From positions 74,679-138,678 of the IMG/VR virus record IMGVR_UViG_3300043540_000091: DNA of 64,000 nt; one strand, 5' to 3'. This DNA is from a virus. Below are positions 48,411 through 57,439 of the stretch, one piece after another; position 1 is the stretch's first letter; each line of letters starts with the position of its first letter. The translations under genes and the position numbers were made by a program. The notes under the pieces are model-generated. The model worked only from the letters and a program-made list of their open reading frames with translations. It made no database searches and was not told the origin of the DNA.

Positions 48411-49998
48411 CTGCGACTAGGGTACCAGCCAAAGGTCCTGCACTCCAGCTCAAAACTGCTCCGGATACAGTGTATTCGACCGAGTACTCCTGCGTACCGC
48501 CGCCGTCTAATATATCCAGCATCGTTTTAGAGGGAGTCGCAGGTGTGGCACCTAAGATCAGCTGATTAGCACTCGCTTCGCCGGACGTCAAGGTGCGGTA
48601 TTCTACGGTCGGAGCAGCTGAGCTAGCCGCAGCCCATCCGCCCTTACCAGTCGTCTGATCGACGAGCTGCCAGACGTACCCGTTAGACGCAGAGGCCAGC
48701 GATTGGTCCTGAATCTTGAGCGCTCTGGAGTTGACGATTACGTCGCCGCGATTGCCTATGTTCGCGTTACCGGTCGTGATGTTGATATTACCGGTTTGTT
48801 CGGTAGCGAAGTTGAAGTAGTTGCCGGTGAACAAGTTGAGGTCCGCAGACGGAATACCTCGACCGGTACCTACCCAGACTGCTCCAGCAGCGCCGCCGCC
48901 GTTGGCGTCTTGAGACTGCAACCCGACCGGGATAGACAGTAAGTTATTGTCGGTTCCAACAAGCGCCAGCTGCGTACCGCCCTTGATACCGGCGGACCAG
49001 TATCCAAGAACGCCCTTGGTGTTACTCGAACCATCTACCGCCCACAAGAACTGGTTGTACAAGTTAGCCCATGGCTTGCTTCCAGATCCAAGTGATCTTA
49101 CTAACGCGGTGTCGGCTACTAAGCTCTGATTGATCGATGTCGGGTTGGTTAAGTTCGACAAAGCACTGTTCGCGAAAGATCCACCTGGAGCTGTGCTGAA
49201 GTTCAAGTTCGAGTCTGGTACAGACCACGTTCTGGTTGTACCGGTGGTTATGCCGGACACCTCGAAAGAAAGCTTCTTGGTGATATCTCCGTCGTCATGA
49301 ATCCTGAATACGGAATCCGAAACGTCGGCTGCCGCAGCAGTCGTCCACGTTAGATTGCCTGACCCATCCGTAGTCAATACCTGATTCGCGCTACCGTCTG
49401 CTGCCGGAAGCGTCCAAATCATATCTGCGGAGATCGATGAGGGAGCTACAAACCCGACGCCATACGTATCGGTCGAGTTCAAGAACTTTAACTCTGTCGA
49501 GTTCAGAAGATCCATCGCCGGAGCGGTTACTATAACATGGCCGCGTGTACCGCCGGTAGTCGCGCCGATCTTCAGCCTCAAGTTGCCGGTATCGCCGGTC
49601 CCAGAATCTCCAGTCTGAACGAATACATCGCCGGACGCATCCGATCCGGCAGTGTTCGCGCTCTCGAGAGCTATCGATCCCATGTATGCGCTAGACAGTT
49701 GATTCGCGTCAAGGATCGACGTTATATACGCTTGGCTCCACGATGTCGCGCTTGAGCCAAGGTTTATACCTATACCGGACGGAACTAAGTCAACCCCGAT
49801 TGCAGTCGGACCAGTCAGGTTTGATAGAGTCTGATTCGCCCATATGCCGCCAAAGTCAGACCATGAAGATCCGTTGTAGTATCTAAGCGAGTTCGCGGTG
49901 GAGTTGTAGTATATCTCGCCGGGACGACCAGATACAGGGTCCGAAGGAAGCCCAGGCCACAACCGTAAGAATTCAAATGACCGCGAAGGATTGCTCAT
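48379..49998 (-). CDS. Fibre protein
   Basis: GEIYYNST..LRYYNGSSW; AN.ALSNLT repeats; WTLPAADGSANQVLTTDGSGNLTW. Confidence 0.8.
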   Translation of the reverse strand: MSNPSRSFEFLRLWPGLPSDPVSGRPGEIYYNSTANSLRYYNGSSWSDFGGIWANQTLSNLTGPTAIGVDLVPSGIGINLGSSATSWSQAYITSILDANQLSSAYMGSIALESANTAGSDASGDVFVQTGDSGTGDTGNLRLKIGATTGGTRGHVIVTAPAMDLLNSTELKFLNSTDTYGVGFVAPSSISADMIWTLPAADGSANQVLTTDGSGNLTWTTAAAADVSDSVFRIHDDGDITKKLSFEVSGITTGTTRTWSVPDSNLNFSTAPGGSFANSALSNLTNPTSINQSLVADTALVRSLGSGSKPWANLYNQFLWAVDGSSNTKGVLGYWSAGIKGGTQLALVGTDNNLLSIPVGLQSQDANGGGAAGAVWVGTGRGIPSADLNLFTGNYFNFATEQTGNINITTGNANIGNRGDVIVNSRALKIQDQSLASASNGYVWQLVDQTTGKGGWAAASSAAPTVEYRTLTSGEASANQLILGATPATPSKTMLDILDGGGTQEYSVEYTVSGAVLSWSAGPLAGTLVAGNRFRIVYWT

Positions 49999-49999
49999 G

Positions 50000-50611
50000 T
50001 TAGAACGCCCTTATAATATAAAGGATAGCCGTGTTGACTGGCCTGGATTCTTTGCCTTTTCTAAAAGTTCCATACGAAGGGTCGGTCAGCGCTGCTCGCC
50101 CGGTACAGTTTGACAGAATGCTTGCTCCAGACGTATTTACGATCACGTAGTTTCCCGCGTGCGTCTGATAACGAGCCGCTTGGACGTTCCCATAGATAAC
50201 ATGCCAATGTCCCTGAATCGAATCCGTTTCGTAGCTACCGACCCCAGACGCAGATCCTCCCACGTTTTGGGCACCGCGAGGGCCGAAATCTCTGCTTGCT
50301 GCGCCGGTGCCCATATTGTCGATCCCGCGCAGAAAGCCGCCTCGATAATCGGGAACATTGAACGCGGTACCTACAAGGCCAGAATTGGTCACGCCATCCT
50401 TCTGCTTCGTTCCGTTACCATGACCTTGCCCGATTGCTGCATAGAGAGCTTGATACGCAGCTTGCGTATACGGAGATCCGTCGCATAGGAGCCAGCCTAC
50501 GGGAAGTGTAGTTCCAGCCTGCGCTGTCCATGGCAATACGGTGCCGATCGGAAGGCCGTATGAAGTCTCCGCTCGACTGTTAACTGTTTGTGACCTGGCG
50601 TAGTTCGGCAT
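50000..50611 (-). CDS. Tail collar domain protein (paralog 3)
   Basis: MPNY start; PIGTV, GWLLCDG, FNVPDYRG.FLRG, QGHWH, IIRAF. Confidence 0.88.
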   Translation of the reverse strand: MPNYARSQTVNSRAETSYGLPIGTVLPWTAQAGTTLPVGWLLCDGSPYTQAAYQALYAAIGQGHGNGTKQKDGVTNSGLVGTAFNVPDYRGGFLRGIDNMGTGAASRDFGPRGAQNVGGSASGVGSYETDSIQGHWHVIYGNVQAARYQTHAGNYVIVNTSGASILSNCTGRAALTDPSYGTFRKGKESRPVNTAILYIIRAF

Positions 50612-50612
50612 C

Positions 50613-51233
50613 TTAGTAAGCCCTTATGATGAACAGTACGGCGCTGTTCATAGGACGAGTCTCAGAAGAAACCTGCGGAGTCCCGTGTCCGCTAGTATCT
50701 GCAACGATATCTCTCCCAGTATTACCAGAATTTGCCGGACCTACTCCACCAACGTGGTTGTAGTTGCCGTGAGCAGATCCGCTAAGCTCGATCGCTCCCC
50801 TGGCATCGTGCCAGTGTCCTTGGAATTGATCAACCTCTTTACTGCCAACTCCTGTTGCAGTTCCTGTACCGCCGTTATTAGCCGCAGTTCTCGTGCGTAC
50901 GGTCAGGTCATCCGAACCTCTAGCGCCGGTACCCATATTATCAATGCCGCGAAGGAAGCGACCTCGATAATCAGGCACGTTGAACTTCGCGCCAGCCGGA
51001 AGCCCAGAAGCAGCGCCGTTTGCGGTGAAGGTGCCGTCCCCATGGAAAGTTCCGATGATTGCGTATAATCTTGGATATAAGGATGCCATGTACGGATATC
51101 CGTCGCATAGTATGAAGCCGTTTGGCAGCGATGCAGAAGAGTTTCCAGACCAAGCAAGAACCGTCCCGATCGGCACGATCGAAGTCGAGGATAAGCGGTT
51201 ATTTAATGTCTGCGTTCCCCCGTAGTTTGGCAT
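50613..51233 (-). CDS. Tail collar domain protein (paralog 2)
   Basis: Same motif set; ETRP.N.AV.FIIRAY. Confidence 0.88.
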   Translation of the reverse strand: MPNYGGTQTLNNRLSSTSIVPIGTVLAWSGNSSASLPNGFILCDGYPYMASLYPRLYAIIGTFHGDGTFTANGAASGLPAGAKFNVPDYRGRFLRGIDNMGTGARGSDDLTVRTRTAANNGGTGTATGVGSKEVDQFQGHWHDARGAIELSGSAHGNYNHVGGVGPANSGNTGRDIVADTSGHGTPQVSSETRPMNSAVLFIIRAY

Positions 51234-51796
51234 CAGAACGCCCTCACATAATATAGCACCGCCGAGTTAACGGCGCGAGTTTCTGACGATACTCGCGGTG
51301 CGCCGCTGACACCATCACTTAACATATCGCCAAGCCTGGTCGGTCGAGCAGAGACTGGACCGGCGTTGTACAAGTCAGACGATTGGTTATCACAAGAGCT
51401 GCCCATGCACCAGAACTCGTGCCAGTGACCTTGCATGGCGAAGTTCTCGACGCTTCCATTCCCGGCGGCTGTCCCTCCGGCTGCCTGTGCGCTGCGAGGT
51501 CCGAAATCTAAACTTGAGCTTATAGATCTTCCGTCCATCGTCTGATGTCCACGCTGAAAGCGGCCTCTATAATCAGGGAGATTAAAGTTAGCGCCGGAAC
51601 CGCCATGCCCGTACTGCATGATTGCGAACAACGCTGGATACAGAGTCGTAGAAACGCTCGCGCCATCACAGAGCAGCCAGCCGTCCGGAATCGCAGAGCC
51701 AACGAACGCAGCGCTCGGAAGGACCGCTCCGATCGGTATATCGAGCTGCCGATCGGCTCCGTTTCTTAATGTTGGACTTCCACCATAGTTCGGCAT
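51233..51796 (-). CDS. Tail collar domain protein (paralog 1)
   Basis: PIGAV, GWLLCDG, FNLPDYRG, QGHWH. Confidence 0.88.
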   Translation of the reverse strand: MPNYGGSPTLRNGADRQLDIPIGAVLPSAAFVGSAIPDGWLLCDGASVSTTLYPALFAIMQYGHGGSGANFNLPDYRGRFQRGHQTMDGRSISSSLDFGPRSAQAAGGTAAGNGSVENFAMQGHWHEFWCMGSSCDNQSSDLYNAGPVSARPTRLGDMLSDGVSGAPRVSSETRAVNSAVLYYVRAF

Positions 51797-51803
51797 ACTG
51801 TCC

Positions 51804-52961
51804 TTAATAGAACATCGTGTCTACATCTGTGTTTGGCCCAGTCGCACCGATCGTGTAGCTTATACCGATGCGATTAGTATTCGTTCCGCGTATGAAGTTC
51901 CGATACATCCGATTGTTTGTTCCGCCGAGGGCGACGGCGATATTCGTTCCGACGTCAGTACATGCTGTCATGTCAAAGTTGCATTCCTTGAACGTGCAAG
52001 CGTTACTGCTGATCGTAACCATCGTTCCGGTGAACGTAGAGTCGGCTGTTAACTGTACGCATTCCATTCCACTGAATGCATTTGAGAAAGTGATCGACGC
52101 GCCGTTGACCACGTTTATAGCTTGAAATGCAGCTGCGGGACTTGATCCTCCGCCGCGACCCAGCAGTTTTGTATTCGCGGGGATTACCTTGGGAGTTGTT
52201 ATGCTGAAACCTCCCTTGATAAGGATGATGCCGCCGCCTGCTGCTCCGCACAGCGTGATCGCCTGGTCAAGCTGCGCCTCGTTCTCAACGAAGTTTGTCG
52301 GCCACGGAGTGATACCCTCTACGATGACTGCTCCGAGAGTCGACGCGGTTCCAGAGGGCCAGCGGATACCGTGAGGTACCCACCAGATGTCCGTGCCGCG
52401 ACGGATGGCGAGAGGGATGTTGAAGATCGTTCCGCCGGTAGGACTCTGCTTGATCTTAGGAAGACCAGCCGCGACCGTCGTCTTCAAGAGCCGTAAGCCC
52501 ACTGTCGTACCGCCGCCGTTGACCGCGTTGTTCACGTTGAACAGAGTGCCTTGGTCGATGAGGAGCGAGCTGTTAAGCTCGAAGTAGAGCATGTCGCCAT
52601 CGGCCATCGGAAGGTTTAGGAACGACGTGGGACCGTTAGCACCGGTGGTGCCAGCCATCTTCAGCTGGAAGGACGGGTTGACGGAACCTTCTGAGCCAAG
52701 GATTTCGAGGATCGCGTCGTTTGCCTGCGCGGAGTCGTCGAATCGAATCTCGCTTCCGGACCAGAAGATGTTACCGTTCGAGCGCAAGATGAATGTGGAC
52801 TTACGAGCGACCTCGACGATCGCCTGCATCGCGGCCTGCAGCTGAAGCAGAGCGTTAGACTGCGGCTGTGAGGTATCGTCCAGAGGCATCTTCTTATCGA
52901 CGGCTACCTCTGACAGTTTCGTATCGCCCGAGTTCGCGGGACGTTGATCATCGTAGTTCAT
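51804..52961 (-). CDS. Virion protein with probable C-terminal beta-helix
   Basis: LDQAI..GGGIILIKG...LLGRG then short beta repeats; in late operon. Confidence 0.6.
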   Translation of the reverse strand: MNYDDQRPANSGDTKLSEVAVDKKMPLDDTSQPQSNALLQLQAAMQAIVEVARKSTFILRSNGNIFWSGSEIRFDDSAQANDAILEILGSEGSVNPSFQLKMAGTTGANGPTSFLNLPMADGDMLYFELNSSLLIDQGTLFNVNNAVNGGGTTVGLRLLKTTVAAGLPKIKQSPTGGTIFNIPLAIRRGTDIWWVPHGIRWPSGTASTLGAVIVEGITPWPTNFVENEAQLDQAITLCGAAGGGIILIKGGFSITTPKVIPANTKLLGRGGGSSPAAAFQAINVVNGASITFSNAFSGMECVQLTADSTFTGTMVTISSNACTFKECNFDMTACTDVGTNIAVALGGTNNRMYRNFIRGTNTNRIGISYTIGATGPNTDVDTMFY

Positions 52962-53167
52962 TATTGAACCTCCAAGACTTTTCTAGCCACTGCGATTCCA
53001 AGCGGTGTCGGACGTAGATCTTCATCTATAAGTTCTAACGCATCAAGCTTGTACCAGGCCCTGCCGAAGCAGTACCATGCCTTGTCGCCAGCACCGGCGG
53101 CCTCATGGATCATCATCGCGTCATTGCGAGTGACGTCATCGAGAACGTACTCAATCTTCTTTCGCAC
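52961..53167 (-). CDS. Small hypothetical protein
   Basis: Coupled on both sides; PTPLG winged-helix-like end. Confidence 0.5.
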   Translation of the reverse strand: MRKKIEYVLDDVTRNDAMMIHEAAGAGDKAWYCFGRAWYKLDALELIDEDLRPTPLGIAVARKVLEVQ

Positions 53168-53441
53168 TTTCTATCTCCACGTTCTTTATCTCGACGTCCT
53201 TGATGATGGACTCATTCATCTTCACGGAGGCGTACATCTCCAGTTTCACGATACCAAGACCGCGAGCGTCCACCTTGACTTCGATGGACTGAGTATGTCT
53301 CACAGGTTGACCGTTCATGAGGACGATCGTGTTCGCGCCAGTCATCAGCTTGTTCGGATCGCGCTGACGGATCTCGATCTTGTCGACGGTCTGAGCCTTC
53401 TCGATCTGTGCCTTACCGCAGCTGCAGTTCTCGCAAGCCAT
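53151..53441 (-). CDS. Hypothetical protein
   Basis: TAATG overlap at 53441. Confidence 0.55.
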   Translation of the reverse strand: MACENCSCGKAQIEKAQTVDKIEIRQRDPNKLMTGANTIVLMNGQPVRHTQSIEVKVDARGLGIVKLEMYASVKMNESIIKDVEIKNVEIESAKED

Positions 53442-54091
53442 TAGTTCCATCCTTGTATCGTGAATCTTAGTTCGATCGGGTTACCTTCTGAAATGGAGGT
53501 GTAAACGAGCTGGACGTTGCCGCTCACCATCTGCCACGAGGCGGTCACTCCGACGTCCAGGCCGATTTCGTTGTACTCGTGGTCGTACTCAACCACGGAG
53601 ATGTTGTCGTTGAGGACGTTGTAAGTGCCTCGGCGTTCGCGGCCAAACGATGAGCCGCGACGGATCGTGTATCGAACCTGAGCCCAGGAATGATCCGATC
53701 CAAGGAACGTGATTGCGACTGCGGGAGAAGCCTGACCATCGATCAGGGCGACGGTAGCTGGTTGACCGGCGAGATCGCGCCAGAGTCCTGCCTGACGTTG
53801 CAGCACGGATGAGTTAGCGCCGTTCACGACGTACGCGATGTCGCCATCCTTCACGCCGATATACAAGGTCTCCCACTGGTTGGGCGAGATATCGGGCTGG
53901 TTGGCGGTGTTTGAAACTACCTTGGAGCGGTAAACGCGACCGGAATATTCCACCACGTTGTACTGAGCGTACGTCGTGCCAGAACTCCATAAAGCTACGA
54001 TATTATTGGAAGAAAACGAGATGATCGCGTTCGTGTTGTCGGTTAAATTACCGCGACCTAAGGCTAGGACGTCTATCTTTTCGAGTGCCAT
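53441..54091 (-). CDS. Virion protein with CBM5/12-like module
   Basis: WSSGTTY..YNVVEYSGRVY...P..SPNQWE; SD AGGAG; start moved to ATG 54091. Confidence 0.65.
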   Translation of the reverse strand: MALEKIDVLALGRGNLTDNTNAIISFSSNNIVALWSSGTTYAQYNVVEYSGRVYRSKVVSNTANQPDISPNQWETLYIGVKDGDIAYVVNGANSSVLQRQAGLWRDLAGQPATVALIDGQASPAVAITFLGSDHSWAQVRYTIRRGSSFGRERRGTYNVLNDNISVVEYDHEYNEIGLDVGVTASWQMVSGNVQLVYTSISEGNPIELRFTIQGWN

Positions 54092-54165
54092 GCTACTCCT
54101 ATCAAGCGGACCGCCTCGGGCCGCAGGCTTCACGGGCGTCGCCGACCGCAGGATCACTGCATGAC

Positions 54166-54332
54166 AGATTAGGATTCAAATATATCCCTGAAACATGCAT
54201 TTACAGGGAAATGTTGGAAAGTACTAGACTTTAGTCTTAAAATGATCATTATAATGCACATTTTTGGCCAAAAATCCCAAAATCATACAGTATATTGTCG
54301 GTTTGACAAACCTCAGGACTTCGGGCTAGAAT
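54166..54332. promoter_or_regulatory. Divergent control region between late and early blocks
   Basis: CCTAATCT on minus (54166-54173), palindrome cluster, TTGACA-N18-TAGAAT on plus. Confidence 0.7.
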
Positions 54333-54337
54333 GAGTT

Positions 54338-54556
54338 ATGGACAACGGACCACGACGACACGACACCTTCAGCTTCTTCGTGACCGAAGAGCAGGCCGAA
54401 GTGATGTACAACGCCATATGCCTGTACCAGGCAGAGGTGGCGGACCTCAACTCGACGCCCACGTACAAGGTCGCCGTGGCTTCGCTGCGCCAGAAGATCG
54501 TAAATCTGCGAGACGCAATCAAGCGCCGCAAGAAGAAGGAGAACCAACATGTCTAA
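54338..54556 (+). CDS. Hypothetical protein, probably leaderless
   Basis: ATG 5 nt after TAGAAT. Confidence 0.6.
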   Translation: MDNGPRRHDTFSFFVTEEQAEVMYNAICLYQAEVADLNSTPTYKVAVASLRQKIVNLRDAIKRRKKKENQHV

Positions 54557-54821
54557 GCTGCTCTTTACCCTTCCGTGGGGACGCGTTCACCAAACACACC
54601 TTCAGGAGAACGTCTTCGTTGGGAACCCTGACAAGTACGCCGATGCTCTTCTCGAGCAGTACCACGGCAACGCGGCGGACGTTCTCCTGTTCATCGATCG
54701 ACAGTTCAAGGGAGTTGCTATGGACGGCTTCTTCAAGCAGGTGCACAACATCACGAACAACCGCTTGGCTGGAAACAAGCGCCGCGACCGCGCAGCACGT
54801 CTCGCGAAGGCAGCAGGCTAG
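54549..54821 (+). CDS. Hypothetical protein
   Basis: SD AAGGAG. Confidence 0.6.
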   Translation: MSKLLFTLPWGRVHQTHLQENVFVGNPDKYADALLEQYHGNAADVLLFIDRQFKGVAMDGFFKQVHNITNNRLAGNKRRDRAARLAKAAG

Positions 54822-54823
54822 TA

Positions 54824-54946
54824 GTGGATCAGCTCGTCGGCGTCTTCGTGAAGATCGTCCTAGTCTCGTGCTTGCTCACGTACGTGAGCACTTGCACCTA
54901 TCGCGCTGCGATGGAGAACCTCAGCGCCGTGGAGAAGTGCCGATGA
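54824..54946 (+). CDS. 40-aa membrane peptide
   Basis: Not in track: MDQLVGVFVKIVLVSCLLTYVSTCTY...; ATGA overlap with next gene. Confidence 0.5.
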   Translation: MDQLVGVFVKIVLVSCLLTYVSTCTYRAAMENLSAVEKCR

Positions 54947-55347
54947 GCAAGCAGCTTCCAGCCTACCCGAACCAGATCTTGTACAAGGTCAGGAAGATCT
55001 TCGATCGCAGGGAGAATCGTCCGACCAAGAGAGGCTCCTACGAGGAGTTCCGCATGTGTGGTCAGGCTGCGATCCCGTATATCCCATCGAAGAAGTATCT
55101 GCAGATGCAGAAAGCGTCAAAGAAGGACTTCCAGAAGTGGGCGAACGAGGCGACGTTCGGAGATGTATGGGAGCGCCAGGAGAAGCTTGAGCCCATCATC
55201 GGCCAGCCGGTATACTTCTCGTCCGTGAAGATGGACGCAGGCTGGTATCGCACGTCCGCGATCGAGAAGGTCGAGTACGACGCCGAGAAGAAGGTGATCC
55301 ACCTCACGACTGCAGGCTCGGTCCTTGAACTCAGAGAGGATGACTGA
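54943..55347 (+). CDS. Hypothetical protein
   Basis: Start moved to ATG 54943; SD GGAG. Confidence 0.6.
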   Translation: MSKQLPAYPNQILYKVRKIFDRRENRPTKRGSYEEFRMCGQAAIPYIPSKKYLQMQKASKKDFQKWANEATFGDVWERQEKLEPIIGQPVYFSSVKMDAGWYRTSAIEKVEYDAEKKVIHLTTAGSVLELREDD

Positions 55348-55976
55348 TGCGACTCAAGGAAGTAAACTACTACGGCTTGGATCACGCCAAGGTCAACGAG
55401 AAGTTCAAGGGCGATCTGACGTACCTTCGCACGTTCACCATCCGTGGCCATCACTGGGCCGTGTATCATGCCGCCAATCCGAACCGTGCGCTCGGGCATA
55501 AGGACTACATGATGCTCGGCAGCACCGTTGACATGGCAGATCCGCAGCTGAGGTCGAACTGGTATGTCTCCGGCAGTATTCTGGAAGAGATGGCCGTCGA
55601 GAGGGTTCAGGAAGCCGTACTGTGCACCAAGTGCGACACGATCATATACTCCATCAACCGTCATCACTTCCATTACTGCCCTTGCGGAGCTGTGTTCGTC
55701 GATGGAGGGAAGGACTATCTATGCCACGGAGGAGAGGGACTGCGAGACCTTGAGATCGTCAAGATCGATCTTGTTGATGGCACCTTGGTCGAGCATAACG
55801 GTCTCACGCTGGAAACACCGATTAAGCTCGAGGTATATTCTCACTCGGATGAGAATCCTGAGGATAAGGTATCGAAGAAGCGTAGAAATTCTCATCGCAG
55901 TGAGAAGTTAAAGAAGGGCTTGACGGCTGGACGTAAGTCCGGTAAGATTAAGACAACACGAAAGGTGAAGAAATGA
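55347..55976 (+). CDS. Cys-rich conserved phage protein
   Basis: CTKCDTIIYS..RH.F.YCPCGAVFVDGG. Confidence 0.65.
   Translation: MRLKEVNYYGLDHAKVNEKFKGDLTYLRTFTIRGHHWAVYHAANPNRALGHKDYMMLGSTVDMADPQLRSNWYVSGSILEEMAVERVQEAVLCTKCDTIIYSINRHHFHYCPCGAVFVDGGKDYLCHGGEGLRDLEIVKIDLVDGTLVEHNGLTLETPIKLEVYSHSDENPEDKVSKKRRNSHRSEKLKKGLTAGRKSGKIKTTRKVKK
55920..55949 (+). promoter_or_regulatory. Sigma70-type promoter
   Basis: TTGACG-N17-TAAGAT upstream of 55973 gene. Confidence 0.6.
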
Positions 55977-56719
55977 AAACCGACATCGTACACTACACGA
56001 CCGACTACGAATCCATCCTCCTCTCGCCCAAGAATCGCACGGTGAACGTCAACAGCCAGAAGTATCGGGACATCAAGGAGTCCGTGAAGGCACACGGCCA
56101 GTTGGTTCCTGCGATCGTCGACGTCCTGGATGGTAAACTGCACTTGGCGGAAGGTCAGCATCGACTTGACATCGCGAAGGAGCTTGGCACGGGGTTCTCG
56201 TACGTCATCCGCAAAGGTTCGCTGGCTCTGATCCGCGAGCTTAACGCTCGGCGCATCAACTGGACGACTCACGACTACATCCAGTCGAACAAGAACGACA
56301 ATCTCGCGTATCGGTACTTCGACACCCTGCTCGAAGTTTCTGGACTTCCGGTTCCGGCTCTTCACATCGCGCTCTTCGGCGAACGCATCTCGATGGACGA
56401 GTTCCGTACCGGCGGCATGAACCTCACGTTCCATCAGATGAACGACTTCCGCGCGACCGTGCTCCCCAAGCTGCTGCGCATCATCAACGTGAACGAACAT
56501 GAGTTCCGTAATAAGCTCGTCGGAGCTAAGGCCGTTGGCGTTCTTACCGACATGATCAGACACCCTGAGTACGATCACGAGCACTTCGTGGCTCGCATCT
56601 CGAACGCTACCAAGATGAAGTCCATGACCACGCGCGAAGATGCTGAAGCATTCCTGCTTGGCCTCTACAACAAGCGCTTGGCCGCGAAGAAACAGATCAC
56701 CTTAAACGGAGGCAACTAA
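55973..56719 (+). CDS. ParB-N domain protein
   Basis: NR, IKESVKAHGQLVPAIV, EGQHRL. Confidence 0.75.
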   Translation: MKTDIVHYTTDYESILLSPKNRTVNVNSQKYRDIKESVKAHGQLVPAIVDVLDGKLHLAEGQHRLDIAKELGTGFSYVIRKGSLALIRELNARRINWTTHDYIQSNKNDNLAYRYFDTLLEVSGLPVPALHIALFGERISMDEFRTGGMNLTFHQMNDFRATVLPKLLRIINVNEHEFRNKLVGAKAVGVLTDMIRHPEYDHEHFVARISNATKMKSMTTREDAEAFLLGLYNKRLAAKKQITLNGGN

Positions 56720-56892
56720 TGGCTAAGACTCGCACACCCGCAAACAACCGCAAGAACTTCCGACGCGCACGCGCCATCAAGCGCTTGGAAGCGAGCCTTC
56801 CAAGCGTCAAAGATCCGGTTAAGCTGGCTTCCCGCAAGGCGGAGCTTGAGCACGCCAAGAAGATCCAGTCCGCAAAGGGAGGATCTCTGTGA
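56719..56892 (+). CDS. Small basic protein (57 aa)
   Basis: Not in track: MAKTRTPANNRKNFRRARAIKRL...; SD GGAGG, TAATG overlap. Confidence 0.6.
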   Translation: MAKTRTPANNRKNFRRARAIKRLEASLPSVKDPVKLASRKAELEHAKKIQSAKGGSL

Positions 56893-57134
56893 GACGCGAC
56901 ATCGTTGGATTGTCCGTATGGGCGATTCTCTTCGGAGCTGCCGTGTTTGGGCTGATGGACTTGGCAGTCCAGGGATACTGGGACGGCGTGGCTGCAGAAG
57001 CCTTGGCCGCATTGTGGTCGGGCGCTGCAACGCTCGTTCACGCGCACCGAATCTCGACTGAGATAGACGATCGAGACCTCATGCTGAAGTATGCAAGGTT
57101 CTCACTTACGAAGGAGAGTGGGCTTGGCCAGTAA
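56889..57134 (+). CDS. Two-TM membrane protein
   Basis: Two hydrophobic segments; SD GGAGG. Confidence 0.55.
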   Translation: MRRDIVGLSVWAILFGAAVFGLMDLAVQGYWDGVAAEALAALWSGAATLVHAHRISTEIDDRDLMLKYARFSLTKESGLGQ

Positions 57135-57438
57135 GCTTGAGAGACGGTTCACCTATGCCGTCTACGGAATACTCATCCTCTGGGCGATGTTTACCATGGC
57201 GCGTGCCGCCGCGTGGCAGCTCAAGGTGGAGGATGGAAGGGCCGTGAGTCCCAAGGAATGCAAGGCGTGTCTCGCCGACTTCGCGTCATGCATGGACCTG
57301 GTTGACAAGGAGTTCTCGCAGGAAACCGACGTCGAGCCGATGGCCTACGTCAACCAGAAGCTCAGATGCGTGGTCATCGCCGAGCAGTGCGGTAACGCAA
57401 ACAAGTGCAAGACGCGCATCGTTCGCGACGAGAAGTAG
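57124..57438 (+). CDS. Exported Cys-rich protein
   Basis: Signal/TM then six Cys; TTG start, SD AAGGAG. Confidence 0.55.
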   Translation: MASKLERRFTYAVYGILILWAMFTMARAAAWQLKVEDGRAVSPKECKACLADFASCMDLVDKEFSQETDVEPMAYVNQKLRCVVIAEQCGNANKCKTRIVRDEK

Positions 57439-57439
57439 C

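Noticed and set aside
43314-51796. DGR or invertase shufflon
   Set aside because: No reverse transcriptase or site-specific recombinase in the window; repeats are direct and differences are not adenine-specific.
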